Of a stretch of 64,000 nt of DNA, positions 36,575-50,525 are shown one piece after another (the first letter of the stretch is position 1; each line of letters begins with the position of its first letter). The DNA comes from Podarcis melisellensis (taxonomy: Eukaryota): NCBI GenBank assembly GCA_964234715.1, contig OZ174285.1; one strand, 5' to 3'. The notes under the pieces are model-generated. The model ran no database searches and was not told where the DNA came from. It saw nothing but the letters and a program-made list of their open reading frames with translations. The position numbers and the translations under genes were made by a program.

Positions 36575-38550
36575 TGGCCAAAGAAGAGATAAGCCATTTA
36601 TTGACAACAGCCAACTAAGTATTTCAGCAAACACTGCCAGCCAAGTTATCTTCAATATTGAAGTGAGAGGAATGTGGTGGGAGAAATTAAGTCTTCACAC
36701 AGTATCACGTAAGAGAATCCAGCTGTGCTTGTATAGTCTCCAACTATTTAACAGAAAAGAAAAAAGAAAAATGTTTAGAAACATGGAAAGTAGAAGAGAA
36801 ATAATAAACTCTGCAAATTAAATATATCCAAACAGCAACAAGAACTCCTGAATGTGTTTCCCCATGAAATTAATTCCTGCAAATCTGCAACGTATATAAA
36901 TGTTTAGTCTGATTGGGTGAGTTCACCATGTGTATAAGCACAAATAAGGATATGCTATCCTGAAAGTCTCTTGTCCTTTTGTTAAGTTTGTAGATTTAAA
37001 AGGGTATAGCAAGCATCACCTTGTTCGAAAGCACTTCAGCAGCAAATGTGAAACCTGCATTCAGTTAGTGCTTTATAGGAGACATAACTCAGAGATGCAG
37101 TGCTTTGGGGGATGAAGCTATTACATGTTTACAAGGAAAGCGCAAACCAAAAACAGCTAGATCCAAAGGACTGGTAATAAAGACTTATTAAAGGTAAAAG
37201 AAAGGTTATCAAAATGTTAGGAAGTCTGTAAAAGCACCAGTACAGACCTTGTTATAGAACTCAAACAGCTCTTGATGACTGAATTCCACAAACACTTTCT
37301 CCATGTTCTGTGAAAGAAAAGAAAAGAGTCAGCCCGTATAATGTGATGTTACCCACAACACTTCCTTCAGGCATCATGACTCTTAAAGTTTTAACTCCAG
37401 CAGTTTGGGACATAAAAGAGCAGAATACTCCAACAAACTCCTACAGATGTTCACTGTACATACATATTTACATTATGGAGAGAGAGAAATGATGTTTTTT
37501 GGTCTGCAACTTCATTTGTTCCTCTGGAAGTTGTTCTCCAAGTCATAACAAAAGTAGATGCAAAGGAAGAAAAAATTATTTCATTGCTGTGCTTTTCTTT
37601 TTAAACACAAGATTACATTTCAACTTTCTCAGCAGTCCTTTCAAGCGCTGGCAAATTCCATTGCAGGGAGACTGTGCAGGCAGTGAATGTGACTGAACTC
37701 ACAGAGCCGTTAAAAGCAAGTACATCAGCTCAGAGTTAATACCTCAAATTAATCTAGCAGTTTTGAACTTTTCATGCTGAGATTGCTACAGCCATTCACG
37801 CAGCCGGTCTAGTCAAAGTTAACAATTAACCAAGCTGCTTCAAAGCAGTGGTAAACTAAAAGGAAAAGGAAAAAGGACACAGTGGATGAAACCGATAACA
37901 GCTCTGTGCATTAGTAATCCTATGGTGGTTTGAAGGTGGCGTTAAATACATTGTTTTAGGCATTGTTGTTTTTTCCATATGTATATCCAACTGATGGTCT
38001 ACTTGAGTCAAAAAAGCATGCATGTGATGTCTTCCTACACTGATTGTGCCTCTGCATTTGCTTCCAGCTACATAGCACTGTTTTCTATCACACTTGCATC
38101 CCGTCCAGAGCTGAAGAAGTACATAGGGATACACAGCAACTAACTCCAGCAGGTGGGTTGGGCCACGAGGGAATGACCTGTCCAAAAGTACATGTCTCCC
38201 GAGCCCAGGTGCAGCACACTGTTCTCTATACCACAGTGGCCCAACTATCCCTGTAGAAAAGCTGTCACTGTTGTATTGATCCTGGTGTGTTGCTTTATCG
38301 ATCTGTATGGAAGAATTTCTTCTTGGCACAACCGAGGTGCAGGAAACAAATTGATGGCAAACACACGCATACACACAAAGTACACTCCAGCCCAATTAAG
38401 ACAGATATTAAGGTACAAATTGGGACAAGAACCCCATTCAGTTTGCTTGAAGGCTGCACTGAAAATTCTACTCACTCCAGTGTACTCTTTTTCGGGTAAA
38501 ACTACTGCATTAGCAGCTAATCTTTCAGTAGGCATTGTTGATCAAGTTAC
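36575..38550 (-). other. Terminal exon / 3' UTR (exon D) of the unrecognised minus-strand gene
   Basis: Acceptor ttatttccttttAG|GTAAC at 38551/38550; about 2 kb free of transposons; Pumilio-type TGTAAATA near 37470; AATAAA at 36602-36597 with U-rich downstream sequence. Confidence 0.6.
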
Positions 38551-40280
38551 CTAAAAGGAAATAATTTCTGAAGGCTAAAGAATCTGATTTTAGTGCCCAG
38601 ACTACTGCGTACTAAACACTGCAACCCCAACGTAAACGAATGGTTTATTAAACTGTGGGGTGGTGCTCTTTAAAATAAGCTGACTTGGTATATCTACATT
38701 AAACAAGTATAATGCAAAATGTATGTTGATTTAAGGTGAAAATTCTTTGGAGCTTTTCAGATTGCCAAGCAAAATATTGTAAAAGGTAATCCTTTTCCTT
38801 TGATATAGTATTTTTCTTGCCTATTCAGACATGGATGTAACATGACACATACATTAAATACATCACTTGCCACAGCCTGTATGAGGAGCTGGCCTGCCCC
38901 CCAACCCGCCAGTCAGGGGAGCTCAGAATGAACTCTGGCTTTCCAGAAAGGTTAAAAACAATAAAAAGGTTTCTTCAGCTATGTTTGAAGCAAGAGGAAG
39001 AACAAGCAACTAGGTAGGTCCCAAGGCATTCTCACACACTGGATATTCCTAAAATACCCACTCACATAACCTTTATTTTATAACAGATAAGAGTTTCTGA
39101 ATAAGATGTGTACAAAGGTTAGACTCAGACCTTCTTTAAAGAGATTTATTATTATAACGGGTACATAAAATCAGTTGTGACCATGCCAGACCAAAAGATT
39201 AAACAAATTAAAATGACACTTCTTTCCCCCAAGTAGTTTAAGATGTGCTTTATATGCATCTTCAGTTCAAGGCAGGAAAGAAAAACAGGAACTACAAGGA
39301 TTGGATTTGACCACCGGCCCAACTATTTCAGGGAACTTGGGACTGGCATACTGAATTTTCATAAGCAAACACACTGCCCAATGCATACCCTTAAAAGTGG
39401 CTATTAACAGCCATAAAATCACTGGGGCCAGCATGTCTACCTCAACGCCGCCTCCTCTCTTCAGTAGAAAAAGCCCCTATTCTAGCAATCTGGGGGAACT
39501 TACAAAGGGCCAGTAATTTGTATGAGAGACTAGTCTTAGCTCTAGTGGAGGGAACAAAGCAATGCTGGGAATGGGGTAGTGAATAAAAAAACAGAAGTCC
39601 TGGAAAAGGAGTTCTTTCTGCCATGATTCCCTCTGCTCCTCTCTCTATAAAAAACACACACTATAATACGCTAAAAGGAAAGAGAAAGATTTGTAAAATG
39701 TTCTGTCGGCCTTGAAACAGAGAGCAACAGAAGAGGGGCCCATTTCTAAACAACAACTTACTGTAGTGTCTCAACCTCCTAGTTTATCACCTGCAAATTG
39801 AATCAATGCTACTAACACACAATTCTGAAAAGCAAACACACACAAACGTTAGAAAATATTACTGGAAGTTTGCTCTTCACGCTATACAAACAAAACTTGG
39901 ATGCTTTGCTCAACTGTCAGTCGAGATTTGGCACTGGTTAGCGCAGACCCCACGTTGCCCAAAACCGTTCACAGAAAGTCACAGAAGAAAAGCCTCAATA
40001 TACTTTTGTGTGTATCTTTTAAACCATTCAACAAATAAGTATATAACAATGCTGTGAAAGAGTACCGCTGACTGGAAATTTTGCTTTACTTTAATTTTTG
40101 TTTTAAATGTAATACCCTTGGCACCCATCAACATTCAGAACTTCTTATTCTTTATAGGGTTTAGGTATATTACATTTTCTACATTGCTTTCCACTAAAAA
40201 GAAGTCCTGGATCAATTGACAACCAAAGTAAAAGAAAAAAAGCAATTACAACATTAAAACAACAGTACAACATAGCTCAA

Positions 40281-40633
40281 GTGACGCGGGTGGCGCTGTG
40301 GGTTAAACCACAGAGCCTAGGACTTGCCGATCAGAAGGTCAGCAGTTCGAATCCCCTCAATGGGGTGAGCTCCCGTTGCTCGGTCCCTGCTCCTGCCAAC
40401 CTAGCAGTTCGAAAGCACGTCAAAGTGCAAGTAGATAAATAGGTACTGCTCCGGCGGGAAGGTAAACAGCGTTTCCGTGCGCTGCTCTGGTTCGCCAGAA
40501 GCAGCTTAGTCATGCTGGCCACATGACCCGGAAGCTGTACGCCAGCTCCCTCGGCCAATAAAGCAAGATGAGCGCCGCAACCCCAGAGTCAGCCACAACT
40601 GGACCTAATAGTCAGGGGTCCCTTTACCTTTAC
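40281..40633 (+). mobile_element. Sauria SINE
   Basis: Full length; TSD ACAACATAGCTCA. Confidence 0.95.
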
Positions 40634-42070
40634 AACATAGCTCACGACACATCAAAACGTAAACTGTTGAAGTTGGTCTTGAAAAAAATAATCTACTGAT
40701 GATGCAAGGGAAATATTATTTAAGAGAGGGGTGAGGAACCTCCAGCGGTTCAAATCTGGCCCCTTTTACATAAACCACGGTCACCTGACCCATAAATGAC
40801 ATCATGTGTGACATCAGGTGTAGGGCCTACAGAGGTGCAGCCGCCAATGCGCTTAAAGTGCACTTCCGATTGTGCATTGGTGAGGGAATCCAGGCTCTGA
40901 CTCTATGGCACAGCCAAAACCTGCTGAATCAGGTGTGCAGGATTTAGCTGTGCACAGTCTGTGTGCAGGATTTAGCTGTGCAAAGGATTTAGCTTTGAAG
41001 TCTTGTCTTTGGGACTTCACCCAATCACCTGGTGTCATTGTGACATCACGTGACTGACAAATGAGCAGCCCTGTACCCCTGTCAATTTTAGCCCATGAGG
41101 TTAGATCCTTATAAGTCAAAAAGGTTCTTCATGCCTGACTTGAGAGATTTCAGCACTTTGGCATCAAAGCCTTCAACTCAGCCTCATACTGATTCATGTT
41201 GCATATTTCATTCATTCTTAACTTCCAGTGTGCATTTTGACAAAAAGCACTTGGTTCTATTTTTTCCCCTGCCTTTCTAGGGAACACATATGAAAACAGA
41301 ATTATGTATTTAAAATATTGCCACATTTTGTGCAATTGTATTAGTGACTGGCAACCTGGAATTGACAGCATGCTGCATATTTCATTTACTTTTTAACTAA
41401 TGTTATTACTGTTGTAAGCTACTCAGAGAACTTGGTTATTGGGTAGCATATAAATACTGTTAAGATGTAATAAATAAATGAATGATGAGACTCATGGTGA
41501 ACACTAAAAATATATATTTAAGGCTGGACTCCTACCTTGACTTGTAACGTTGGCTGTGCTGTGTTTACTTTTATTTATGTATTACTACAAGGTTTATATG
41601 TTGTCAATCAACACACATTCCCTGGGTGGCTTACAAAACAAGTAGTATTAAAATGCAAGGTAATAATTTAAAAACCACGTTGAAAAACCCCACTAAAATG
41701 CAGCATTAAAATATATATCCTTTCTAGCAGATGAAAATACAATAAATTAGCGTCTCAGTTTACAAAATAAAACATGGCGTAAAACAATGGTCCAGTTTGC
41801 ACGTAACAATAAGACAAACCATGGATAAGCAAGTGTGTAAAAATCACATCTGCTTTACTCTTCACAGGTCCTGCAGAATCAAACCACGGTTTGCCTTAGC
41901 GTTAAGCCCAAACTCTGGTTCGTGGTTTGTTTTGTTCAAGGCTCAAAACAAAGCACAAGCTGTAACCAAGCTTTATTCTTGGCACTACCATTCATGGTTT
42001 GTTTGGAGAGAAACAAGCCAGAGGCCTGGGTTCAAATGTAAGGCGGAGCCAATCCATGATTTGGCTCCAG

Positions 42071-42884
42071 GTAAGATTGCAGGAAGAAATATCAACAACC
42101 TCAGATATGCAGAGGACACAACCTTGATGGCAGAAAGTGAGGAGGAATTAAAGAACCTTTTAATGAGGGTGAAAGAGGAGAGCGCAAAATATGGTCTGAA
42201 GCTCAACATCAAAAAAAGATCATGGCCACTGGGCCCATCACCTCCTGGCAAATAGAAGGGGGGAAATGGAGGCAGTGAGAGATTTTACTTTCTTGGGCTC
42301 CATGATCACTGCAGATGGTGACAGCCGTCACGAAATTAAAAGATGCCTGCTTCTTGGGAGAAAAGCAATGACAAACCTATACAGCATCTTAAAAAGCAGA
42401 GACACCACGTTGCCAACAAAGGTCCTTATAGTAAAAGCTATGGTTTTCCCAGTAGTGACGTATGGAAGTGAGAGCTGGACCATAAAGAAAGCTGATCGCC
42501 AAAGAATTGATGCTTTTGAATTATGCTGCTGGAGGAGACTCTTGAGAGTCCCATGGACTGCAAGAAGATAAAACCTATCCATTCTTAAGGAAATCAGCCC
42601 TGAGTGCTCACTGGAAGGACAGATCCTGAAGCTGAGGCTCCAATACTTTGGCCACCTCATGAGAAGAGAAGACTCCCTGGAAAAGACCCTGATGTTGGGA
42701 AAGATGGAGGGCACAAGGAGAAGGGGACGACAGAGGACGAGATGGTTGGCTAGTGTTCTCAAAGCTACCAGTATGAGTTTGACCAAACTGCGGGAGGCAG
42801 TGGAAGACAGGAGTGCCTGGCATGCTCTGGTCCAGGGGGTCACGAAGAGTCAGACACGACTAAACGACTAAACAACAACAACAA
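42071..42884 (+). mobile_element. Bov-B 3' fragment including RT core, degenerate
   Basis: KIAGRNINNLRYAEDTTLMAESEEELK... RTE RT motif; frameshifts; (AAC)n tail. Confidence 0.95.
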
Positions 42885-43762
42885 AACAGCCGCAGGACTG
42901 AGGAAGGAATGAGCATCTCCAAGCTTGCAGGGCTCCCTGAAGTCTTACAAAAATAAACCAGCCCTTAGGGCCTTTTGCACAGCTTCATCTGAGCTGTGTC
43001 CAGGATCTGGATAAAAACTGAAGGAAACTTTTTTTCCCTTTTCTTGGGAAATATTTTAGCTGTTTGTCAGAAGGGTGCCCCTCATCAAACATGCAGATTC
43101 TGACATGAAAAAGTCATCTCAGTTCTAAGTAAAACTGGCATAATACTGACAGATGTCAAGTTTTAAAACTAAAAGCTACCTTTTAAAAAAAAGGCACTAA
43201 CATGGCAAATTAATGTCAAGCACATCTAAGAAGGCAGATGGAGAGACAGGTTGGCTTGTGAATGAGCTGCAAAATAGCTCTTGCTGCAAAAGAAGCAGTC
43301 AGAATTTTCAATAGTTTGTTAGTAAAAACTAATGGAAGCCTAGTATATACCCTTTACTTTTTAAGAGTCTAATACTATATGGGGTAAAAACAAAATTTAT
43401 TATTTAATAATATTGGGATTTCACAGTGTTACCTGCCCAAGATACTATTTAATCCCATGAAAATAAACACGAGTTCAGCTAAAAAAACAATTTGGGAAGC
43501 TTTCTTTCAGATTGCACAGATTATGCAGGACCTTATACTGTATCAAGATACCGGGCTGCACTTCTAGCCCTGTCCACAGAATCACAAATCTAGATGGCTT
43601 GAAGTATCATCACTGTGAGCACTTTGAGGAACAAGTGGAGGTATGGCGTGAAGCAGCTGGCTGCCTAACTGACCTGTTTTCAGGTGCAAGGAGTGGGAAG
43701 GTTAGAGAAAACCTTAATAGAATAGTGTTTTCCTAAATGGTGCTCAGGGAACCCAAACAAAC

Positions 43763-43766
<4 letters not shown>

Positions 43767-43820
<54 letters not shown>

Positions 43821-43885
43821 CTTTCGTAGATTTTCACGGGTACAGGAATGCAGGTACAGGAATATATATATATATATATATATAT
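43767..43885. repeat. Two (TA)n microsatellites
   Basis: Direct reading of the sequence. Confidence 0.95.
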
Positions 43886-44960
43886 TCATAGGCCGGGATC
43901 TGTTCCCTGATCACACTACTTAGCTGCACTTAGTTACTACTGAAATTACGGTAAATGGAACTTACCCCATTTATTTCTTTATCTGTTATGGAACTCTATA
44001 GTAAGATTTAGTCTGGGCATAATTAAACAACTTTGATAGTTCTGGTTTTTATACTGCAGCTTTATTTTATTTTTCCAAACCCACTACCTTACAGTACAAG
44101 TTGATACTTACTTGCATTAGCATGGATAGAAAGGCGAACATTTTCTGGACTTCCTTGACCTTTTTACCTGCTGAAGAAATTTTGCCAAGAGCAAACTGTG
44201 ACCATTCAAGAGTTACTTTCCTTCTGTACTGATCTCTTATCTGGCACAGTATTTCTGCTTTTTTACATTCTCAAACAGAACACATTGAGCAAATTAGGTT
44301 ACCAACTACATGCCAATCAGAATAGAGAATTCATTTACTGCTGTTTATGTGTGTGTGTGTGTATCTATAAAAGTGTCTGTGTGTGCAGATATGCCACTAT
44401 GATTTAAAAGCTCACTAGGAAAAAGCTTAGCCACAAACATAAAATGCAATATATATGTTAAGAGTTGCATTTCGAAAATCATTAAGGCTTAGCATTGCTC
44501 TGTAATCGGACTTCTTACTATTAACTGAAAATCATTGATTAAATTAAGAAAGAGCTTCTATTGCAACAACTCTTTCCTTAAGTGTTATCTTATCCCACGT
44601 ATTAAAAATGAACTTTATTTTTCCTACCCAAGCACACTGTATCAAATGCAATAACACACACCTTAATCACACTGTATTAGCTAGAGATTTGAGAGAGAAA
44701 GGCTAAAAGGCAAAGCTCTGCCTTCCTCAGTCAAAATCCATTTTGTTTGGTACAGTAATATTTTAATCACAGAAATGAATCAACATACCACTTCATCTTT
44801 TAAATTACATTACTGCCTAAACTCCGGAGTAATGAAGTCAGTTACAGCACAAGAGGGAAAGGCAATGAGAAAAGCAAGTTAATATTTCTCAACAACATAG
44901 CTGTTTTAGTTTAAAGGAAAGGCAAGGAAGAGGCAACATGACAGAAGGGTATAAAATTAC

Positions 44961-45140
44961 GGAGAAAGTGGAGACGGTTCACTGCCAAAGGAGGCAGCAA
45001 TAGCAAGGGATCCAGCGTCCCCCATCAGGACACACACACCCCAATCTGACTCTGGGCCCATCGTCATAACACTCAGGTTCTGAAGGTCAGATCCAGTAAC
45101 GCCATTTGGCTTTGGCAATCCACATTTCCCTCCTTCCAAC
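44961..45140 (-). CDS. Exon C (180 nt) of the unrecognised minus-strand gene
   Basis: Acceptor cctcttcttgcatAG|G; weak donor CC|GTAATT; continues the exon B frame (R-LEGGKCG...SEPSPLSP). Confidence 0.55.
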
Positions 45141-47426
45141 CTATGCAAGAAGAGGCTGCAGGTCCCACAGTCAGTCTCTAGCTTCTCAGTGCTGCTACTG
45201 CAGCAGTTAAAAATGGATAAAGATGAAGTGATATACATAATAATATATTAGGACTGCCCTTGAACAATGACCTTTACCAGGTGTAGGTTTACCAGGTGAG
45301 CAAAAACTTTTGAACCAATCAGTGTTACACTTACTAATAATATTTCATGTACTCAAACTAATGTCACCATATTCAAAGGAACAGAATACAATATGCAAGA
45401 CACAGATTGGTCATATCTTCTTCAATAACAGTTTCCCATAAAATAGAACCAGCTTCTTCTACATAATCATCAACAAAATTCCCAAAACCAGCTTAGACTG
45501 TGCTCAGTGGGGAGAAATTTGTTTCAGGCTAATGAAGCTCTAGAAAAGCACCCAGTCACACCGGTTTATGTTTATGTTGAGCCAAGACATCACATCATTT
45601 GCTTACTTTATTATAAGAAACCACAGCTATATCCCAAGGCTCAACACCAATCAGCTAAGGTTGCTTTGATTTGGATTCTCATTGGTACCTTACTGGACAT
45701 TTGGACTCATCACATTTTCTTCCACAAAGCTGTGGAAAGAAAAATTGGCTGCAATTCTGTAAGAAACGTGTTAACTCCAACCTCCCATTTAATCTAATTC
45801 ATGGTATGTCCTCCAACACGTCTAACCATTCAGTTCCATAAGAAAGTACATCTATTTCAACAGCACTCATCTTTGTTTAAATATCTGTTGTCAATATTAT
45901 GAATGCCCCTGGGTCATTCATATCAATGAGGTTGAACTCTACCACTTTTTGTTTGGAATATAATCCAAGTCTTCCTATATTTTGTGTGTCAGTGTCCCAA
46001 AGCTTGTATTTTCATTTAAAATACTGGTCCTATGAACACATTTATTACTATAAGCAGTAACATTACTATAAACAATGTCAATGTTCCTGGAACAACCTTA
46101 TGAACAGAGGCTTAAGACTATATACTTTAAAGACAGGCATCTTCCCATCTTAGTTACAGAACTTTGAGTCATTTTTGTGTGTATTTCAGAACTACGGTTT
46201 GTTTATCAGGGGATATGAGCCCTAATTCATAATGACAGTAGTGATATGATAGCCATATGGAAATACAAAAGCGGGGACATGATTGTCCCAGAAGGCCTAA
46301 GGTCTACTGGGAAATGTTACATTTCAAATGTTAAGACAATGGAAGACTGAGCCATGATGAAGAACTTGCCAGAACTAGTGAAGTGATTCTAAATCATTAA
46401 TGCACACCAATGTTTTAAGTATATTTTTTCTTAAAATAGGCTCCACTGTAATCAATAGACACATTACAAGACAATTCCTGCAGGATCAAACTCAAGTCTA
46501 ACATTCTTCTCACAATGGTCAACAAAATGTTGACTGGACTACCACAAACCATTGCTCCCCAACATGCAATGGGATTCTACTTCAGAACAAAGAAGGTTTT
46601 TTTCCGTTATGGCCTGTGAAGCAGACTTGCTCAATTCAGGGTTCAATTTTTCATCTTACAATTATGATTTTTTAAAAAAATAATTGTGGTCTTGCTCTGC
46701 GCTACATCTTCTCTACAACAAACATGTTAACCAGTTAACACATTGGCCATTTAACATTCCAGTCATTTTTGTGTGTTTTGCAATGGCCTCACTTTCAAGG
46801 ATTTTTAAGGATTTTAATCCAAGCCACCTTTATACTTTTCAGGAAATATTGATTACCTAAACACAGTCTCTGAAACTGACACTATGGAAAGCCTGGTGTC
46901 CATAAGATGGTGACCATTTCTCATTTATGATTGATTGTTGATGCTTAAATATTAATAGTCCTGTACCAAACGCTTGCCATGACAGCAAAATAGAATGACT
47001 TTGCTAAGGGTATGCTCCCAGATAGAATCAGAAGAACTATGAGTAGAATGGTACCCTTTGTTCTAATGTTTGTTCTGTAAAAACACTGAAGAATGGAAAA
47101 GCTAAAAAGACAGTTGTCTATACAGCATATTTGGGAAGTACCATTTAAGTCAGTATAGCCAAAAGATCACAGTCTATAAACACAGACATAGCTAGGAGAT
47201 GCAACAAAATTCTTTCATAAAGGTCAAAGGGGTATAAAAATGAAGGGAAACGAGAAATTGTCTGACTTGGAAACAGCCATGCCGTGCCACGACATCTTCG
47301 GGCAGACCCTGAGTGTGATATAGCCAGGCTTGGCAAGCCAGGCCCTCCAATGTTTTAACTGTTCTTACAAAGAGAGAGAGAAGGATAAAGCATTTTAAAG
47401 GCATACAGTGAACACTTTCAAGATTG

Positions 47427-47924
47427 GTTGTTGTTGTTTAGTCGTTTAGTCATGTCCGACTCTTCGTGACCCCATGGGCCAGAGCACGCCAGGCTCTCCT
47501 GACTTCCACTGCCTCCCGCAGTTTGGTCAAACTCATGTTTGTAGCTTCGAGAACACTGTCCAACCATCTCGTCCTCTGTCGTCCCCTTCTCTTTGTGCCC
47601 TCCATCTTTCCCAACATTAGGGTCTTTTCCAGGGAGTCTTCTCTTTTCATGAGGTGGCCAAAGTATTGGAGCTTCAGCTTCAGGATCTGTCCTTCCAGTG
47701 AGCACTCAGGGCTGATTTCCTTAATAATGGATCGGTTTGATCTTCTTGCAGTCCATGGGACTCTCAAGAGTCTCCTCCAGCACCATAATTCAAAAGCATC
47801 AATTCTTTGGCGATCAGCCTTCTTTATGGTCCAGCTCTCACTTCCATACACCACTACTGGGAAAACCATAGCTTTAACTATACGGACCTTTGTTGGCAAG
47901 GTGAGGTCTCTGCTTTTTAAGATA
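47427..47924 (-). mobile_element. Bov-B 3' fragment
   Basis: PTKVRIVKAMVFPVVVYGSESWTIKKADRQRIDAFELWCWRRLL... plus (AAC)n tail. Confidence 0.95.
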
Positions 47925-50407
47925 CCTTCCCATTAATTTTGTCCCTACCTTGAAATGGTTGAGATATGTTGTTTGTTTGTTTGTTACCATTTCAAAGAAA
48001 CATTTAATACAAGTTCCTCGTGCCAATATTTAGCCCGGAGTTGCTTTTATCTTTCTTAAAAGGCTCATAATAAGGCCCTGGGGGGAAATCCGTAAAAAAG
48101 AGAAGGTAAGCAAGGGAATGTTGTTAACTATATGGCTGGGTTCATTTTTAACAGCATCTGTAAATAACAGTTTAATGCTATGGAGTGTATTAATAGCAAC
48201 TGTTGCTGGGCAGACCATAGGACAGTTTGGGTTGTGTGTTGTTGCAGTTTCTCTTTTGGCTATAAAACTAAAAGCAAAAGATCAGCAGTTTTTGCTGCTG
48301 AAAAAGCTGAAGGAGAAATGTTACAGAAGACATGGCGTTTCATAATTAAAGGAGTGGTTGCATTTCAGAGAAGAATCAACTAGCTCAACTTTCTCTTTTA
48401 AGAGTACTGAACAACAGCCACAGGCTACATTTTAAAAAAATATATGCATAAACACAAGAAATACTGACTGTACTCCAGCCATCTCACCACATCGGTAAAA
48501 CAATATAGTTGTAAAGGGGGAGGGAGTGACACACATACTACTAACCCTATGTTGTTGCATAGTATCTCACATCAGAAAACAAATTCAGAAATCTTTTTTT
48601 AAAAGTCCTACAGTATCATTTACATTTTTCTGCCTTCCAAAAATTGACTCAATCAGTATGCAGGCTTTAAACAAGCCCATCTGCTTTCCTGTCCATCTTA
48701 GGAAAATTAATTTTCAGTGACCAGATTAACAATTCCTCTACATAACAATAAGAAGACTAGCACTTAAGACTTTTACTATATTGCTCCTGGCAACGTGCAG
48801 AGACCTTTTTCTGTTAACTCTTATTGAAATGTACAATGGTAGGGCATCTTTCAAACTGAATTTTTAAAATCTACAACTCTTCAGTGTTTGGCGCTTCATA
48901 TCCAATGCACATTCTAAACAAAGTGGGTCAGTAGCAGACAGCATATATTAATAATAATCAGGCTATTAGTAGGGACCCTTTATTGCTGCTCTTAATAAGA
49001 AGAGGTCGTACACCGGAAAAGCAAGTTGGCTGCCAATCTGAATCTCCTTTACATGCCAGCCTGAATCGCCTTCTAATGCTAACCACTTTGCACAACCCAA
49101 GATCATTTTAAATTAACTATGATTATACCTTTACTTGCATGTCACAATCAAACAAGTTGATATAATTTCAACATATGACCATAACACTTCAAATATGGAT
49201 GAAAACATATTCCTGGCCCTGAGAAAAAAAGGTGAAAATAAATATTCAAGCTACTGAGTATAAATTTGTGGTTTTTAAAAAATATATATATTAAGCTAAA
49301 GTATTATGCAAAACAGCAACAAAAAAAATCAAATCCATGAAATTCGTAAGAGGCTACTTTACTGCTAATTCCATGCTCTTAAAACATCCAGAAAACACTA
49401 CAGACTTTTTCCAGTATGGAATCATTTACAGACCGTTCAAAGTACTGATACACCTCACTCTGGTAGATGTGTAGACCAAGTCTAAGCAAGGAAGTACAGG
49501 GGGAAAAGAATCAACATTCCACATTTTCCTTTCTGGAATGAAAAAAAAATGCCCTAACTTTAATTTGGTCACTCATTTTGCCAAATGATACATCATCTCC
49601 AATCTGTACTCCATTGCAGGTTGCAATGGTTGTAACCACTGAATCCTGAAAGCATTGTATAATGTTGAGGGATACTGTCAGAACTCCCAAGACTTTCATG
49701 TCACCAAAAAGTACTCTGTGTCATTAAAATAGTCCAAGTGTCAGTTTGCATTTCTTAGTACAGAACGTATTGATCTGATGTGCAGAGATCTTTCCTATTC
49801 TACTTAGTTCCAGAGGGTTCTGGAAGCTTATCTGTGTGAAAGAAACAAGCAGAAGGTCCATGATGTTTGGGTTATTCCTTCAGATAAGCTGAGTACAGCT
49901 GGTTTGAACTGGTACGGTTATCTTGTTCAGTCAAGGTCATGCTGACTATAATAAGGCGAGAAGGAGCCAGGGTTTCACATTCTCTTTCTATCTCTTTTTG
50001 TGGTGTTCTGTACATAGTATGCTTAGTGTTTAAACTTATTATAAGTTATTGTAAGGTTATGTCTGCTGCAACTGGATATCTTACGGTCAGGGCCAATCCT
50101 GAATGTATTGGATTTGTGACCTTTATGCTCATTTGCCTTCAGTAGCAGTAAAGCTCTGCTGGATGAAATACAATGGCCTCTGGGCTATTTTGGGGGGAAT
50201 CCTGCAACGTATTTAAGTTGCTACTCTGCTAACGATACATTGGAATCCACTCTGAGTAGAATTTTCACGACACCAAGTGCATTAAGTTTGAGATTTTTAG
50301 AGAGAACCAAACAGGTTTTGAAACCATCTGGTAATGGCTAGCTGTGGGCTAGGAGTCTTGAAGGGAAAGTGCCATAACGTAAGTGAGAGTGCTTTTAAGT
50401 AGATTAC

Positions 50408-50525
50408 CTGTGGTGAAGCCATTTGCATGGGGTCATATCCCGACAACCACATGGAGAGAAGTGGCCAAATGCACATTATATTTTAACATATCAGCAGAAA
50501 TGAGCAACATGCAGTTCAGGACATG
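50408..50525 (-). other. Candidate cassette (poison) exon X, 118 nt
   Basis: Acceptor gcctatttttAG|C, donor CAG|GTAATC; after exon B it reads AGC ATG TCC TGA (immediate stop). Confidence 0.35.

Noticed and set aside
37856-38535. 96-aa and 179-aa ORFs inside terminal exon D
   Set aside because: No recognisable homology, downstream of the main stop, and overlapping structured sequence; not excluded as downstream ORFs but unsupported.
38460-50267. 15-nt complementarity TGAAAATTCTACTCA (38460) with TGAGTAGAATTTTCA (~50253) as a long-range RNA duplex
   Set aside because: A few 15-mers of this kind are expected by chance in 64 kb of AT-rich DNA; needs conservation data.
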